From the NCBI GenBank assembly GCA_964035545.1, contig OZ037765.1, positions 16,678,995 through 16,742,994 of the forward strand: 64,000 nt of DNA, in the 5' to 3' direction. Every line of letters begins with the position of its first letter. Position 1 is the first letter of the stretch. The translations under genes were made by a program, and so were the position numbers. The notes beneath the pieces are model-generated. The model did no database searches, was not told the origin of the DNA, and was given only the letters and a program-made list of their open reading frames with translations. This document shows, piece after piece, positions 28,001 to 42,041 of the stretch. Source of the DNA: Bugula neritina (Eukaryota > Animalia > Bryozoa).

Positions 28001-31000
28001 AATATGAAATCAATTTTTTTTTCAATGCAATGAATTATAATGATAACTTGTATGTGGCATAACCGACTAAATGAGGATACATCCCTAATCCATTATCATT
28101 CTATTCAAGTCTTGCTAATAAACTTGGATCAGATTTTTTTGTCTGATATTCAAGTCTACACAAATTCCAGTTTTGTGACATTTCTATATATGTTACGATA
28201 TAGGGTTAATCTATTTTGATTTATATAATACATGTGGATAATGTACATAGTTAAAAAGTATTTATTTTTTTTGAACATTTAAACTGTTGTAAGATTTCTA
28301 GCTTACGATCTACCACCAAGAGTTGTAATTATAAAACTGTGTATCTGTCTCTAAAATGCAGGCCCTAGACTAGAGGTGACACTAACAAAAGGTTCTAGTG
28401 GACTCGGATTCAGTGTTCTTGGTGGTAAAGATCCATCATCACCTGACCCACGACTCTCGCTCGTCAGAGTTAAGAAAATATTTCCCCTGGGTGCAGCTGC
28501 TCAGAGTAAAAAGCTTCAACTAGGAGATGTTATACTTAGAGTGAATGACGAGTCAGTTGAAGGTTTAAGCCACGCAGTGAGTATGTACAGACTAGCTTGG
28601 GGATGACTCATGTTTCAACTCCTATGTGTATGGTTTATGATATAGCATAACTAATGTGAATCTTATAATAGTAACTTTTATGTAGTAAAGTAATAAAGAT
28701 CAGCGGTTTTCCAGTTTGTGAAGACACTGGCTTAGCTTGACATGTGCTAGATTGGTGAATTTAACCTCAGAAAAGCCATTATTGATCTCAGAAAAGCATT
28801 TAGTTGTAATTGCTCTTGTGCTTTAGGTCATGCCTTGAAACAAAATCTATATATTTCATCTAAACGCTCTTGCTATCCAAATTTACACAGAAGTTGTGAC
28901 TATAAATATATTTTAACTTTTATATAGCAAAGTGATTCAAGTTTGATGGTATTATTTTGCTGAGACTATTTTTTAAAAATCCTCGCCTATCTTCGCTCTG
29001 TCCTGTTCGTTCAGCCATGCAGTTCTAGTAGCATAATGCCCAATTAAATGTTTTTTATATTTGGAGTAAATCTAAAATATGCAAGTTGTTATCAATTGAA
29101 TGAGTAGTGATTTGGGTGTGTTTAATTTTGATTTTAGGAAACTGTGAGTTTGTTAAGAATGGCACCTTCATTGGTGAAGCTCTACATATGCAGACCTGAT
29201 GTCACAATTCTTTCTCCATTGCCTGACAGTGTGGCTAACACCGCATCTCACTTCTCTGTCAAAAGTCAGGTGCCTGGTGCCTCCAGTAGAGCTGATTCAG
29301 CTGATACAGCTACTCTGACATCAACAAATGCTAATCACTCTGAGTCACACGATCAGAAACCTGACAATGTCACTAGTTATTCGCCAGTTCTTAGCACTAC
29401 CAAAGGCACCAGATCTCCATTATCTGTAGAATCTGGAACTACCCTAGACTTGCAGGTATTACAACCAGTCATCAAGCTGTTCATGCTAACTTGCCTTTTT
29501 CAGCAATCGTATCAATTCAGTTTTATTGACTATGCAGATCTGTATATGAATTATTACTCTTTGATGTCTCAGTACACAACTTGCAGGAGTCTATCACAAG
29601 CAGTGACACAGCGCAGACTGTGCTAAAGACTTCTGCAGTTCTTGAGTTTGAATCTAAGCTAAGGGCGAGGAAAGCAGGTGATTACAGTCTGCCTACTCCT
29701 ATCAGAGAACTAGATGACATGCTTCAAGCTAACACTTCCACTCACACCTCAAGGTATGTTAAGGACAAGCAAAATTTATTTTTATGTAGGAGTTTTTTCC
29801 CCCAACAAAATTCTACTTGAAAAACATGCAGCTATTCAATGCACAAACTTGTATATGTTGCTATAAAAGCAGTTATACAAGTGTTACTGCTCTGTCTTAT
29901 CCTTTGAAACTTAAAAGCATGCAGCAGCAAGTACTGGTCAAAGCTTCTGTTATAGCTAGTGGCTGTTTTTGTGAATCATGGTCATGCTAATTATAATATG
30001 GAATAGGTGTAGGTACATAGTGAGGTATCCTTTTTGATACTGAGTTTAGACGGTACATTTTAAGAGTGGCGAAGTTATATCGTCAAGCTGATGGTCTATA
30101 TACATGTGTATGTTTGTAGGAGTCACTCCCCTCGGTCTCTGTCGAGAGCAAGCTCCATGAGCAAGACCAGTCATTTGATGATAGCTGCTGATGAGCATTT
30201 TGATATTGACATAATAAGTAACCATGTCGAAAGGCAAGCAAATAACACAGGTGTGAGCAGTGATTCTGAGACAACTGATAGTAGTGAAAGCAGTAAGTTT
30301 ATCCTATTTCTCCCTTTGAGTGCATACTAGGGTGGGTACTAGTGTTCACCGTAATATGTGTACATACTATAGTAGTTTTTGAATACACTATACGAAAATG
30401 TTGCTAGTCAAAACTTTTACAATACTTATTATATCTGTTTTTATCTCATTTTGTTCCCTAATACCATACTTTAATCTGCAGTCTAATACTTAGAGGTGTA
30501 ATCCTATCATAATAACTTGAGTAGCAAGTATGTTTAAATAAATTGTTAGGACAATAATGTTTCTTTAAATTTACAGGCTGTACATAATTTAAAGGGTATC
30601 TGCTGGTCTGTATATAAATAAAAAATTTTGTCCTCTATTGCAGTGGAGAAACAAAAATTATGTTTTTAAATACCAATATAGAAATACAATGCTCCCTCAG
30701 TATCTCACTAAGTTACGGGTCCCGAAACCTCAATTTGTGACGTAATAGAATACCAGATTTAACTCACAGATTTGTTAAATTAAGCTATTGTGTTCCTATA
30801 CACGCAAAATGGGGGTTCAAACTCTTCACATGACCTATGGAATTTCACGAGAACGGGATCCATGATCTTAGGAGGAGCACTGTATTAAAATATACACATG
30901 GTATGACTGAGTTTAGGCAGTGCTATTGTTAATTATAGGTGACAGCAGGTCTGCCCAAGAATCACCAGTCAATCAATCGGACACTAAAGACCTTGACATT

Positions 31001-34000
31001 CAGCCTGCCGAGCTCTATGAGGGTGCCGCTGACAGCTTTGAGATTAGCCCTGCTAATACAACCTCTGTCAAAGCTTTGGCTAAGGTGTATGAACATCAAA
31101 CTGAACTTTCAAATAGCCCAGTAAAAGAATTGAAGGTTCATGAAAATGAAATAAACTCAGAAAATAATGTTCAAACTGTGGAAAGCTATCTACATACACC
31201 TGATACTGTACCGCCAGTTGTATCAAATACTGTTGGGAGTCGTCCACTCCAATCTGATGTAAATGAAAAGAAAACACAAGATTCCAGTATTCCGTCAAAC
31301 ACCCTCTCTTTTAACTCCCTACCATCAGAACAGGTAACATTCAACTGTGAAAGTTTTAAAATGTTTTTGAAAACCTCAATAAAATGTATAGCTTTGCTTT
31401 AGTATAATTTTTAAGCCTCGACACCAAAGTTTAACTATACTGTGGTTGTGCTTTGAGCTTAAATAATGTTCACCATTTCAATGCAGATTGTCAAAGTAAC
31501 CTTAGAGAAAGATAGTTATGGTAGTTTGGGCTTCTCCGTGGCTGGCTCAGCATCTCTAGGAGGCTGTTACATTAAAAAGATCATAAAAGATCCAGCTTTG
31601 AGTAATGGGGAGTTGAGAGCTGGAGATCGTCTCCTTGAGGTAGATGTTCATTTTTCTCATATTCACGGCTAGATTTTACGTTTTGAAAATAATATTGTAA
31701 AACAGAATAGTTCAGAATATCGGTATCATGATTCGAGATAGTCTTATGAGCTTATACGAAAAGCATGCACAGAAAGTTTGTGTTAATTGAATACATTTCT
31801 TACGATCGTCAACTTTTATTGTTGTTGGATATTCTAAGAAGGCATTTAATTGCATATGAAGCTATGATTGATAATAGTACAAATTTTTTGAGAGTGTTGG
31901 AGTGCGAGATGCATATTTCATACTAAATTGCATTAAACATCTGTTACAACATTTTCACTTCCATGCATGTTTAACAGGTGAATGGACATTCTATCATAAA
32001 GCTTACTAACCCAGCAGCTGTTGCTTTGATAAAGAATCAGCCATCAACAGTCACTATAACTGTGCTACGGCCGCTTGACTCCACCGAGGAGGTGCCAACC
32101 AAACCTCCTCGAACTGACACGGCCATCTTGTCCACTGAGAAAAGAGATACAGGGTCTGTCTCTAGTAGCAGTCAGCAATCAGGTGTAGAAGCGCTGACTC
32201 TCAAACAGCAAGAACCAGATGTGCGCACAGATGTTAACATATCTGCTGCAGAGTTAGCCAAGAGTGAAGTTGAAAAAGCTGGCGATGCTGAGCTAGCGGA
32301 CTCCGTAATCCATGCTGAAGTTGATCAACCAAACACAAGTGCCTCTAATGATCCATTTGATAAAGCTGAGGTAGTAATATGTAATATGCTGTTTTCATTC
32401 AAAACCGGTGTACCTGTATTATTTTTTAATGAATAATACTTTTAAATAAGACTGTTCATTTGCTTTACACTTATAAGGCAAAATTTTGAAAATAAACTAT
32501 AAGTCATCGTTCATTGTGTGGACAATAGCTAAAATGTTTTTATATTTTTTCGTAATAGATGTGAATTAAAATATTGAATTGTTGATTGATACGATCTTGT
32601 AACTTTAAAAGAAACGCATTTAGAAGAATTTTTCACTATAAATATAAGCACCTGGCAATTTGAAACTGAAACTAGTAAAAGATACAATTATATAGATTTA
32701 CAGTAGTCTAAACTTTGAAATAACAAAATTCTGAAGTATTATGGCATAGGAAGATATAAAGCCTTTAATTTTTTTAGACAAGTGATTTTTACATGTAAAA
32801 TATTTAAAATTCTAGTGTAAATATTGTGAAACAAAGGTACTTTTGTTACTGGTAGCATAGAAGTCTAGAGAAACTCGTATGGCTAAAATTATAGAAAATG
32901 TATAGACTGGTATTTTTCAAATTGTTTTTTTTTGTAAAATTTGTCTTATTTGTAAAATTATTTAAGTTTCACATCGTATTTGTATTAAAATAACGTATTG
33001 ACTCTGTTAGATTAAACATTTGTACAAGCTAGCATTTAAATCGTTTTATCATGTTTTATTTCTTTTATGTACACAGCATAAATCGAGAACTGAAAGTTTA
33101 GCTGAAAATGAAGATGAAGATAACTTTTCGTCAGTGGAAGGAGAAGTTCCTGATGATATCGACGATTCTTGGTCATCAGATACAGTCTCGGAAGATGAAG
33201 AAAGTCAATTAAAAGGCAAATATCATTTACTATATCAATCCTATGATGAAATTGATTTAAACTATAGTAATCAAACTTAATTGTGCTGCTTAATATCATG
33301 TGAGTTTAGTAAGTGAATTTAGAAAATTAATTTAGTTGTGATTAAAAATTGGCAATATCCAACGCACAAATTCCTATGGAGGGGGAGAGAGAAGTCAAAA
33401 TTAGTTTTCACTACATCAATTAGTTTTGTTCCAAAATGCTACTATAAAAATGTGAAACTGTCGGAGATTGCTGTTGAACTGCATTTCATTGTCTTTATTA
33501 TTATTATTATTATTTACAAATTATTAAAACCGATGATTATCTTCAACTTTGATTTTAAGAAAGTGTTGCTATGTGTTAAGGCTATTGAATTTTTACATTT
33601 AATAAAATTCAGAAATGTTGGTGGAGTCTCACATTGGTACCCTGAGTCTCAACTCTACCCTCGACACTCTGGACACTTCAGACAATGAGCCAGCGGAAGA
33701 CATATTGCCTGAGTCTAGAATTGGAACTCCTTCCCAGGAGAGTTCTGATGGAGAAACTCAAGATGAAGATGCTGTGGACTCTGCACCAGAAATAGATCTA
33801 CCTACTAACATTTCTCATGAAAAAAGGTTTTGATATTTAAATTTTAGCTTGAATTTAGATCTGGTGAAATTTTCTACTTGCTTTATTTCAACTTAATTCA
33901 GAATTTCTTTTTGGGTATATGTCTAAACTTTCAATAGTTTTGGATATTTGTAAAGGAAATTCTGAAGCATTTTAATATAGAATGTATCATCATTTGTAGT

Positions 34001-37000
34001 CAGTCTCCATGGAGCAACACCACAGGTGACTCTGATGCTGACAATAACATGAGACGTAATTCTCTCACACCAATTGATTTGAGACGAAATGACTCTGGCA
34101 GGTCTGTTACTTTTGGTACAGACAATGAGCGTTCCACTTCACCAGATGGTCTATCCAGAAACCCCTCCACTCGTGACTATTCAACAGGCACCCAACTCTC
34201 ACGGCATGATTCTTCGCATTCCTACCAGAGTTTCTTATCTACTCCTATACTCAGCAGGAGCGGCAGTCTCAGGTTACCTCCCACTGAGGTAGGCCTAAAT
34301 TTCACATTTAGTTTGTTGGCTCTGAGTATAAGACAGAAACCTAATGTACATTTAATATATAGGAGAAGCTTAAAATGTTGTATTTATGGCAGCACTTCTC
34401 ATCATAAAAGTTTTGCTTGTAACTTGGCTTTCTAATTATATTAACCAAAAGTTTTTTAATTATGAAATATGTTAAACGTATAAACAGTATGACTCTGTAT
34501 AGGAGGTGTATAAGGTGAGTCTAGTGAAACCAACTGCAGCTACTAACCTTGGGATAACTGTGCTTGGGACACAAGTAGATGACACATTATTTGCCTGCGT
34601 AAAATCTCTCAATAAGAATGGACTAGCTTACTTGGATGGAAATATCAAAGTTGGTCACAAAATACTCCAGGTATATTTCTGTCCTAATATTCGTTTGCTT
34701 ACAACTTGGCATAATCTGAAAGCTGCATGGTGATTCGTTATTATTTAGTTAGTCTTTTCAAACAAGGTCTATCAAACCTATAACAGACTGAGCTTTAAAC
34801 GACTGTTGCAAAACATGAGGCTCCATTGCATTAGGTTAGTTGGGTTTCCTAGTAAGTCTATCTATTTACTCTAGAGGCTAAAAAGACGCAGTCTTACATT
34901 TTTGTTTGCAAAACCTCTCCAACAAGCTACTGACATTGTAACTGCATTTGCATTGTGGGTTTTCTGTGATAACTTTCTGTTATGTATAATTGGTAATTTA
35001 GTCATACAAGTTTGTGGGCACAGCAATAGCAAACCAGGAGTCTAGGTTTATATGTGCACTTTTGCTAACAGAACTGATGATATAAATTTACAAGTTTTAT
35101 ATAATTTCTAAAAACCGTCTCAACAATATGTGCACCTACTATAGATAAATGGAGAAGAGGTAACCGGGACCAGTGAAAGTGATATACAAGCTCACTGTGT
35201 GAATTTAATAAAGGAGTCTGAGGGCTCAGTTAATATCGTATTATCACGGGGCACAAATGAGAGCCACTCTGACGATTTCGTTCTCACACAAGAGGAAGAT
35301 GACATTGAGTAAATACTAAATATTTCCTTTAACGATATAGTTTCATGTCATTACTAAGTGTCATTGCAAACCTACTGCTAAGTAGAAATATAAGTCATGT
35401 GATAGCTATGGAAGTTGTTATTGCTAACTAATGAAGTGAAACGGAACTGTATTTGTGTTTATAATGTCTGACAGGCTCAGTGATGGTGATGACCAGTTGG
35501 GCGAGTTAGGTGATGAAAAATTATTAAGAGGTCCTGTACCACGTAGAATATTCGGTCCATCGGTTACTACAACTGATGAAGACACTGATGCAGATGGTAG
35601 GTCTCTAATTCTTATCACTTAATTTTTTATTATATGTAATATTTTATTCGGGGGGAAAAATTGATAGCTGGAAAATGTTTTACTTTTTTACATAAAGCAT
35701 TTTATCATATTATTCTCATTCAATTAACTGCTATATTCATTTTATTTGTTTTTCCAATAGATTATGTTTTGTTTTGACAGGAACTGATGACTTCTCGCTA
35801 GTAATCAAGCAGCTCAGTAATGATCTGCGTGATACTGAATACACTGACAGTGAAGTGTCTGTAACAGATACAGTCACTGAAGATAGTAGTGTTGATTTTG
35901 ATTTGCCTGATGAGTCTCAGTTCCTTGAAGCCAGTATTAGATTGACTAGAAAAGACATAAACTTCGCTCAGTCTGATGATCTCAATGATAACTCTAGCTC
36001 TGATACTGATTATGTCATCAGTGATGATGATATCGTACCAAACTCTACAAGTTAGTTTGATAATCAGCTGGTCATCTGTATAATCATGCAATCATTTTTC
36101 TCTTCACTTGATTTAGCCATGCTTTAGATGTTTTAGTTAATGTGAATATTCTTAAAAAACCTAAATTGTTAGATTCTTTTAATAAATATTTCGAGTAATT
36201 TTATTAATCACATCTATTAGAAACTTACAGCAAGTTTAAAAGTGATTTTACCCTCACAGAATTTTTGATAAATATAATACTGTTAACGATGTAAAATATA
36301 ACTGCCATGTTTTTATGTTATGGAATTGTAGAATACAATACGGATGATCTTCATGCCCACGACACTGACAGCGATTTCCATATGAAAAATATAGATGCTT
36401 TAGGTGACTGGGATACCAGTGGCAGAAGTGACAGGAATTATGATAGCAGTGCTTTACCAGGTAACATGTTTCACATCCAAATAGATCTTATTTTTTTAAG
36501 CTGAGTCATTATTAACTTGGTGTTTGCTGAATTAAACTCCCATAAAGTTTTTAAAACAACTTTTTGTTGTAAATCTATAACATGAAGATAAATTACTGCC
36601 TTTGACTGTTTTCCTATTTGAGATTTTGAGCTAAGAAACACTGCATCCTGTTAGTTAAAGCAAATATTGTTAGGCTGTTTTTTCAATTAACAAATCGTAT
36701 ATCATAGAAGAAATAGTTGCTTGCAAATTATGTTGGAGACTAAAGCCGATTGTTGAAAAACTGCTGATGGCTCTCCCATACTGTAACTACTCCTGACATG
36801 ATTGTTAATAAGCATGTTGCTGCCACTGCTACTATGAATGAGCATTGCACCATCCAAATATGTATTCTATTAAATGAAAGTGGTTGTAACTTAACTAAAT
36901 GATGTCAGTGGCTACATTTATTTTGTTAGTTTTTAATATGAATTTGAATATCAACACTGAAAAGCACAGTCTAGTCAGCAAGTTACAAAATCTTTTATCA

Positions 37001-40000
37001 AACGTTTATTAAACTTAGCGTATGATATTTATTATTTCATCAATTGATAGATATTTATTTTTGTTTAGCAAATTCTTTAGTTTTCAAATCCATGCAGGTT
37101 TCAAACTCATTATAAATCAGCAGTAGTGGGTAAACTGAGTTTATTCTTTAGCATTTGATGTATCAATTGTTGGTCAATTACTTTTAGTGAATTTTCAATA
37201 TATATGTAGTTTGACATTATGAGACTGTTGTTTTTCTTATTAGAAACTTGACTAACTGACTTTATCTAAAGTCATTTAAATTAAATATTCATTCATTTTA
37301 GCAACTGTGTTCTCCATTCTCATAATTGAAATTTTGAAACAAGATTTAACCATTCAGCAAAGCAACATAATTTCAAATTTTAGGTGCTACTTCAGACCTG
37401 CATGATAGAGAAGAGACTGTGAGTGTAAAGCACGCACACACAACTCCTACTAGTGATAATCTTGGTCCAATGCTACTTGATAAACAAGGAGATGAAAAAT
37501 CGATTGAGTTAAGGAGAAGAAATCTGCAAACTTCCAAGAAGGGGTTTAAGCAAATTCCAGTTAGAGAGACCTCACTAGAACATTCAGGTCTTGAGCAACT
37601 CTCTGGTACAGAAGGGAAACACTTAGATAAGCAAGAAAGTGGTAATGACACATCCGATTGTGACATAACTGCTGCACCTACTAGTTTTCATCAAACTGAA
37701 CAGGCGCCAAACAGCAGCGTTACACAAGATCTGTTTTCTCTCAATCTCACAATGTCTTGGGTAAGTTCTGTAAACAGTTTTATGGCAGGTCACTGCAGAA
37801 CTTAATACTTGAGCAAGAAAATTAGCAACTATTTTATCTTGCTAAAAGAAATACTTAACAGCTTCTACCTAATTTTAATTCAAGTCATTCCTTTTTTGTT
37901 TAACACGCATAGACCACTAGTCAATTTGCGTTTTCCACTAGCGAGATCTTTGGATGCACAGAAGCTACTGTTAAACTAACCATGGTGTTTTTCAGTGATA
38001 AAAGCCAATAAGCAGTAACTTTCTAGATTATTGATTTTTGAGTGGCTTAGGAATTAAATTGGTTTTTGTTATTAAATTTTTGATGTAGTTGGCTGATCGG
38101 CCACTTCAGCCAGATATTTGAAGTGTTGGTCTAACACTTCAAACAAATCTGTGTTGATATATGCAAACCATTAATTTCTAGCAATTTAACACTTTAACAA
38201 ACACTTTCAACAAATATGAAACGCTAGTCCGCCTTTGTTTAACAGTTGTATCCGTAGCTTTCTACACTTTCAAAACTGTTAGTATGGCTCATCTAACACA
38301 AGTGTAAGAGCTTTCAACAAAATGCTATTTAGTGAGTAAATTTTTCGTCAAAATCTCCATTACTGCATCTAACTGTTCACATAAATGTTATCTGAATGGT
38401 GGTCTGTTTTAATACATTGAAGTCACGTGGCTTTGTAGACAATACTGAGAACTGTACCAATCTTGTAGATAAAAAGTCTGACATTAGTCACAACGCCTGC
38501 CAGGAGTCTGTACAATGACAGTTCTCTTGAAGGCATTATCACACTGATCCGTAATAAAATAACAAATGATGATGTATATGAGGAGTTCAGACAACTCAAG
38601 TCTCTCAAGCCTACAGATAATTGTGAGGCTGGAAAGTTGAAAGAAAACAAAGCCAAGAATCGGTTCAGAAATGTGCTGCCTTGTTAGTATGACTAATGTT
38701 TAGCATGACTGTAGTTTACTCCTGGTGAAACTTTTAATCTTTAGTACTTCATTATTGAACTAACTCTGAAGTTCACGTTCCTCCGTTTTATTATTTCCAT
38801 TTACATAATACCTTTCATCTATTCTATTTTTCCAAACTTTAAGGCTATATATTATATTTTAAAAAATAAGTTATGATGTGGTCATGTGTAGCCGTTGCTA
38901 TTCAAAAGGTGTGATATTCTCTCTATTTAGATGATTCCACAAGAGTAAAACTAAACTCCAAGGATGACTATATAAATGCCAGCTTCATAGAAAAACAGTT
39001 AGGTAAAAAGATACACAAGTACATAGCTTGTCAGGGCCCTACTCCTCAAACTGCTGCTAGCTTCTGGCAAATGATTATTGAACAAGGAATTACTGTTGTT
39101 GCCATGGCAACACAGGATGTGGAGGGAGGCAAAGTCAAGTGCCACAGGTATTGGCCTGATGCTCCTCATACAACTTTAACTGTTGGTGGATCAAGTGAAG
39201 GGTGAGTAGAGTGTATGGTGTACCGTAGGTTCCTCGATATTCTTATAGGAACTGATCGCCTAGTACATAAATAGAGTTTATTTAATGTCGAAATAGCAAA
39301 AATATTTCTGCAAGTATTATAGTGAATCCTATTTCACCTTTGTTACCTGAAGGTTCAGGGTTTCCAGTTTCTATTTAGATATGAAGTGACATTGGTTCGA
39401 GTCGTTGAATTACAAGACTTTGATATTCGCCAATTGCTTGTAAAAGAAGTGAGTAGTGGCAGAGTTTACGAAGTGAGACACATGAATTACACTAGGTGGC
39501 CTGACCACGTCGTGCCCGAGTCTGCCACACCTCTTCTTCAGGTATATCAGTCTATTATTAAATATAGATTTACTTGTAATTCATTCTTCTCTAAGTACTG
39601 CTTATGAAGGGTACTGACTAGTAAATCACAACATTTAAATCTAAATTGGAATCTAAAGAACAAAATGGTAGATTGTGAGAGTTAATAAGATTTACTCTAA
39701 CTTGTATTTGGGTATAGTAGGAGTAAAGTGTCTGAAGGTTAGAGTTCATTTGTGATAATATCTTGCTTAATCATTTCAGTTTATTCGAGTGATGCATGAG
39801 CTTTATAACCGAAGTCAATCTGGTGCCGAAAAGCTGTGCCCTATCTTAGTTCACTGTAGTGCTGGTATCGGTAGGACCGGTACTTTAATTACACTGGACC
39901 TGGTCTTGGCTAGCATAGAAAAGGATCTCAAGTTCAACATTCATCAAATAGTCACTGAGTTGCGAGCACAACGGCCGGGCATGATACAAACTAAAGTAAG

Positions 40001-40609
40001 TTGCTACAGGCATGTCCATTTTATGCTGTTGAAATGAAATTCTTGAAAAGGTTTATTTAATGACCGGAGTAATGCACGGCTTTCTATTGTGAGTAGTGTG
40101 GAACTGCATATGGAAGAAACTAGAATATAAATTCTATGGTGTTTTTAAAACATTCAGGCTTTTACTAATCATTTTTTGTTTTATTTAGAAGTGTGGGCAT
40201 CACTAAAACAGTAAACCACAATTTAATTACATAATTTTATATGATAAGGTTTCAATGACCATTGCAAAAATTTGAGCAGTATATAAGTATTATATTGTTT
40301 ACTTTGATTTTGTGTATGGTAAGGGCAATAAGCAGTGTTAATGGTTTATTCCTCCTATTTGTAACTTAAGTGATTGCAGCACATCTCTCCCTCTTATTCT
40401 TATTAAACAGAAGTTTTAGCAATGACTAGGAGAAATGCTCACTCACGCACTTTATTGTTTTACATGCCCTTAACTGGTGCTACTGCTTTGTTTCTGTGTG
40501 TCTGACGAGAGCGGTGATGTCTGGTTGTATTTTGCAGGACCAATATCTATTCTGTTACACTGCTGCTCTTGAAGCTCTGGAAACACTTAAAAAAGTTCCT
40601 TCCTTGTGA
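13503..40609 (+). CDS. PTPN13: Tyrosine-protein phosphatase non-receptor type 13-like (KIND-FERM-5xPDZ-PTP), about 47 exons, roughly 3000 aa by manual exon sum
   Basis: ATG 13503 MAGLTSALASLQDVLEVKGSAISEPGLWSIL (KIND), IYSLGMTLYKAADY, GPEFV, FERM (LTGLALQAEYGDY; EYGIHFY), five PDZ domains, PTP motifs KNRFRNVLP, DYINAS, YIACQGP, FWQMI, KCHRYWP, WPDH, VHCSAGIGRTG, QRPGMIQTK-DQYLFCY; stop TGA 40607-40609. Some linker exon borders are uncertain. Confidence 0.95.
19892..22830 (+). other. PTPN13: PTPN13 FERM-domain exons
   Basis: LIEMLTGERLQLSC..LFD..NLPENYFFGL; RVKFYI; HLLYLQLRRDIIEDRL..LALQAEYGDY; AEARFIE; EYGIHFYSV; WVGITSRGL..WDNIAKLSFNKEKFTI; SKYLIWL. Confidence 0.9.
21384..21457. repeat. (TA)n/(TACA)n intronic microsatellite
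   Basis: atatacatacatatatatacatatacatatatataca...tatatatatatgtatatgtgtgtg. Confidence 0.8.
23996..35250 (+). other. PTPN13: Five PDZ domains of PTPN13 (about 24050-24430, 26870-27420, 28370-29190, 31487-32070, 34503-35250) separated by Ser/acidic linkers
   Basis: GLGF-type loops GIGIKL, SLGLNVT-GG, GLGFSVLGG, SLGFSVAG, NLGITVLG, each followed by a GD/GH-x-I/V/L segment with V/I-N. Confidence 0.9.
30687..30882. mobile_element. Tc1/mariner (pogo/Tigger-like) MITE in a PTPN13 intron
   Basis: TA|CAATGCTCCCTC ... GAGGAGCACTG|TA: imperfect CAGTGCTCC-type TIR with TA duplication, 196 bp. Confidence 0.55.
38470..40609 (+). other. PTPN13: Classical PTP catalytic-domain exons (38470-38682, 38931-39201, 39379-39541, 39780-39995, 40538-40609)
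   Basis: Core motifs present, including WPD and HCSAGIGR; catalytic Cys, Arg, Asp and Gln intact. Confidence 0.95.
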
Positions 40610-41172
40610 CAGACTGTGTGTACACAGTTTAGAGTAGCTTATTAAAATATCAGACAACACAAATAAATTGCAACAGATATTACGAGCAGCTTCACCACTG
40701 TACTCAATATTTTATTAATTGAAAACTAAACTTGTATGCAGATCAACTTTTTGCTTTCATTAATATTTTTTAAAAGATCACTGTAATAGCCACTTGTGCC
40801 TGTTATTGTACTAATGGTCATGTTTTCACAATGCATCAAGTAGTTCAATTATTATTATTATTATTTATATTTAATGAGAATTTATAGGACTAAATGTTCT
40901 TTTAAACTAGAATACTTGTTAATTACTTACCTCAGAATACTGATTTGTTTTTATACCTATTGTAGAAATTTGAATATTACTCATTAAAATAGTTGATTGT
41001 GTTATTAATTTATTGCAGTAACATGTTATTATTCTTATAGTGTCAATGCTTTTGTATGTGTATGTAAATTAGTGCAAAGTTTGCTTTAATTACTGTTGAT
41101 TGATATATGATCAGCTGCATTTATTTATTACTTATATATTTATTTTATTTTTGGTAATGATTTGTATATCAT

Positions 41173-41178
41173 AATAAA
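41173..41178 (+). terminator. Candidate polyadenylation signal of PTPN13 (alternative AATAAA at 40662-40667)
   Basis: AATAAA at the end of a U-rich 3' UTR-like tract; the motif is common in AT-rich DNA. Confidence 0.35.
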
Positions 41179-41293
41179 GATGCATAAATCTGTAAATTAA
41201 TGTTTCTCATCAACCTTTAGTCTTTCTAAATTTTATGGTGCAGCATAAGTTCATGTACACGAGTATTTAGCTGCTTAATTTTAATAAATTACT

Positions 41294-41360
41294 ATATATA
41301 TATATATATGTATATATATATGTATATAATTATATGTATATATATGTATGTATATATATA
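41294..41360. repeat. (TA)n microsatellite with TG interruptions
   Basis: Direct reading of the sequence. Confidence 0.9.
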
Positions 41361-42041
41361 GCATGGTGTCAACAATGACAAAGTTTAAATAATACGTTGT
41401 GTCTTGCGGTTAGTTCAACAATCGAAATAACTAAAAGTTTACTCTGTATCAAACTCTTGGTGAAGCTAGTTGATAATTCCGCTCTCTCTGTTCTCAGATA
41501 TAATATTCGCTTATATTATCCACACAATGTATTCTAAGAAGTACTCAATCTGTGATAACACATCTATGACTACCAGCATGAATGAGATTGTCTCTCCAGT
41601 ATACACTTTCACTGAGTAAGTTTATTTGTAACTTCTTTTAAGATAAGTAAAAAATTTCTAGCGTACTAATAAAATTTTATATAATAAGATATTGTCATAG
41701 GTGATTATATATCTATTACTAATATTAGATTAACATTTATAGCATTTATTTATAGAAAATAAAATATATACGTAGAAATTTGTTATAGACTGAAACTTTT
41801 CACTTTATAGTATATAAAATTTTAAATATTAGTTGGTACGTAGTGCTATACATAATGGACGCCGTAATGCATCACAGTAGAAAATATTATGCAGCAGGAA
41901 ATGCAATTCCAAGGGATGCTTATTTTGTTGTTTACTTAACCTCTACTAGTGATTATAGCATATGATGTTATGTGGTTAATATATAAATTATACATTACAA
42001 AAGGAATTTTATTATGAGCATGCAGGCCAATGTGACAGTCT

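Noticed and set aside
33205-33275. Non-canonical GC donor (AAAG|GCAAAT, about 33216) in PTPN13
   Set aside because: Phase fits the next exon, but an in-phase GT donor (ATA|GTAATC, about 33266) fits too; cannot be decided without transcripts.
23745-38656. Minus-strand ORFs over PTPN13 exons (23745-24218, 35798-36091, 37373-37666, 38423-38656)
   Set aside because: Antisense shadows of plus-strand exons that have splice sites and domain motifs.
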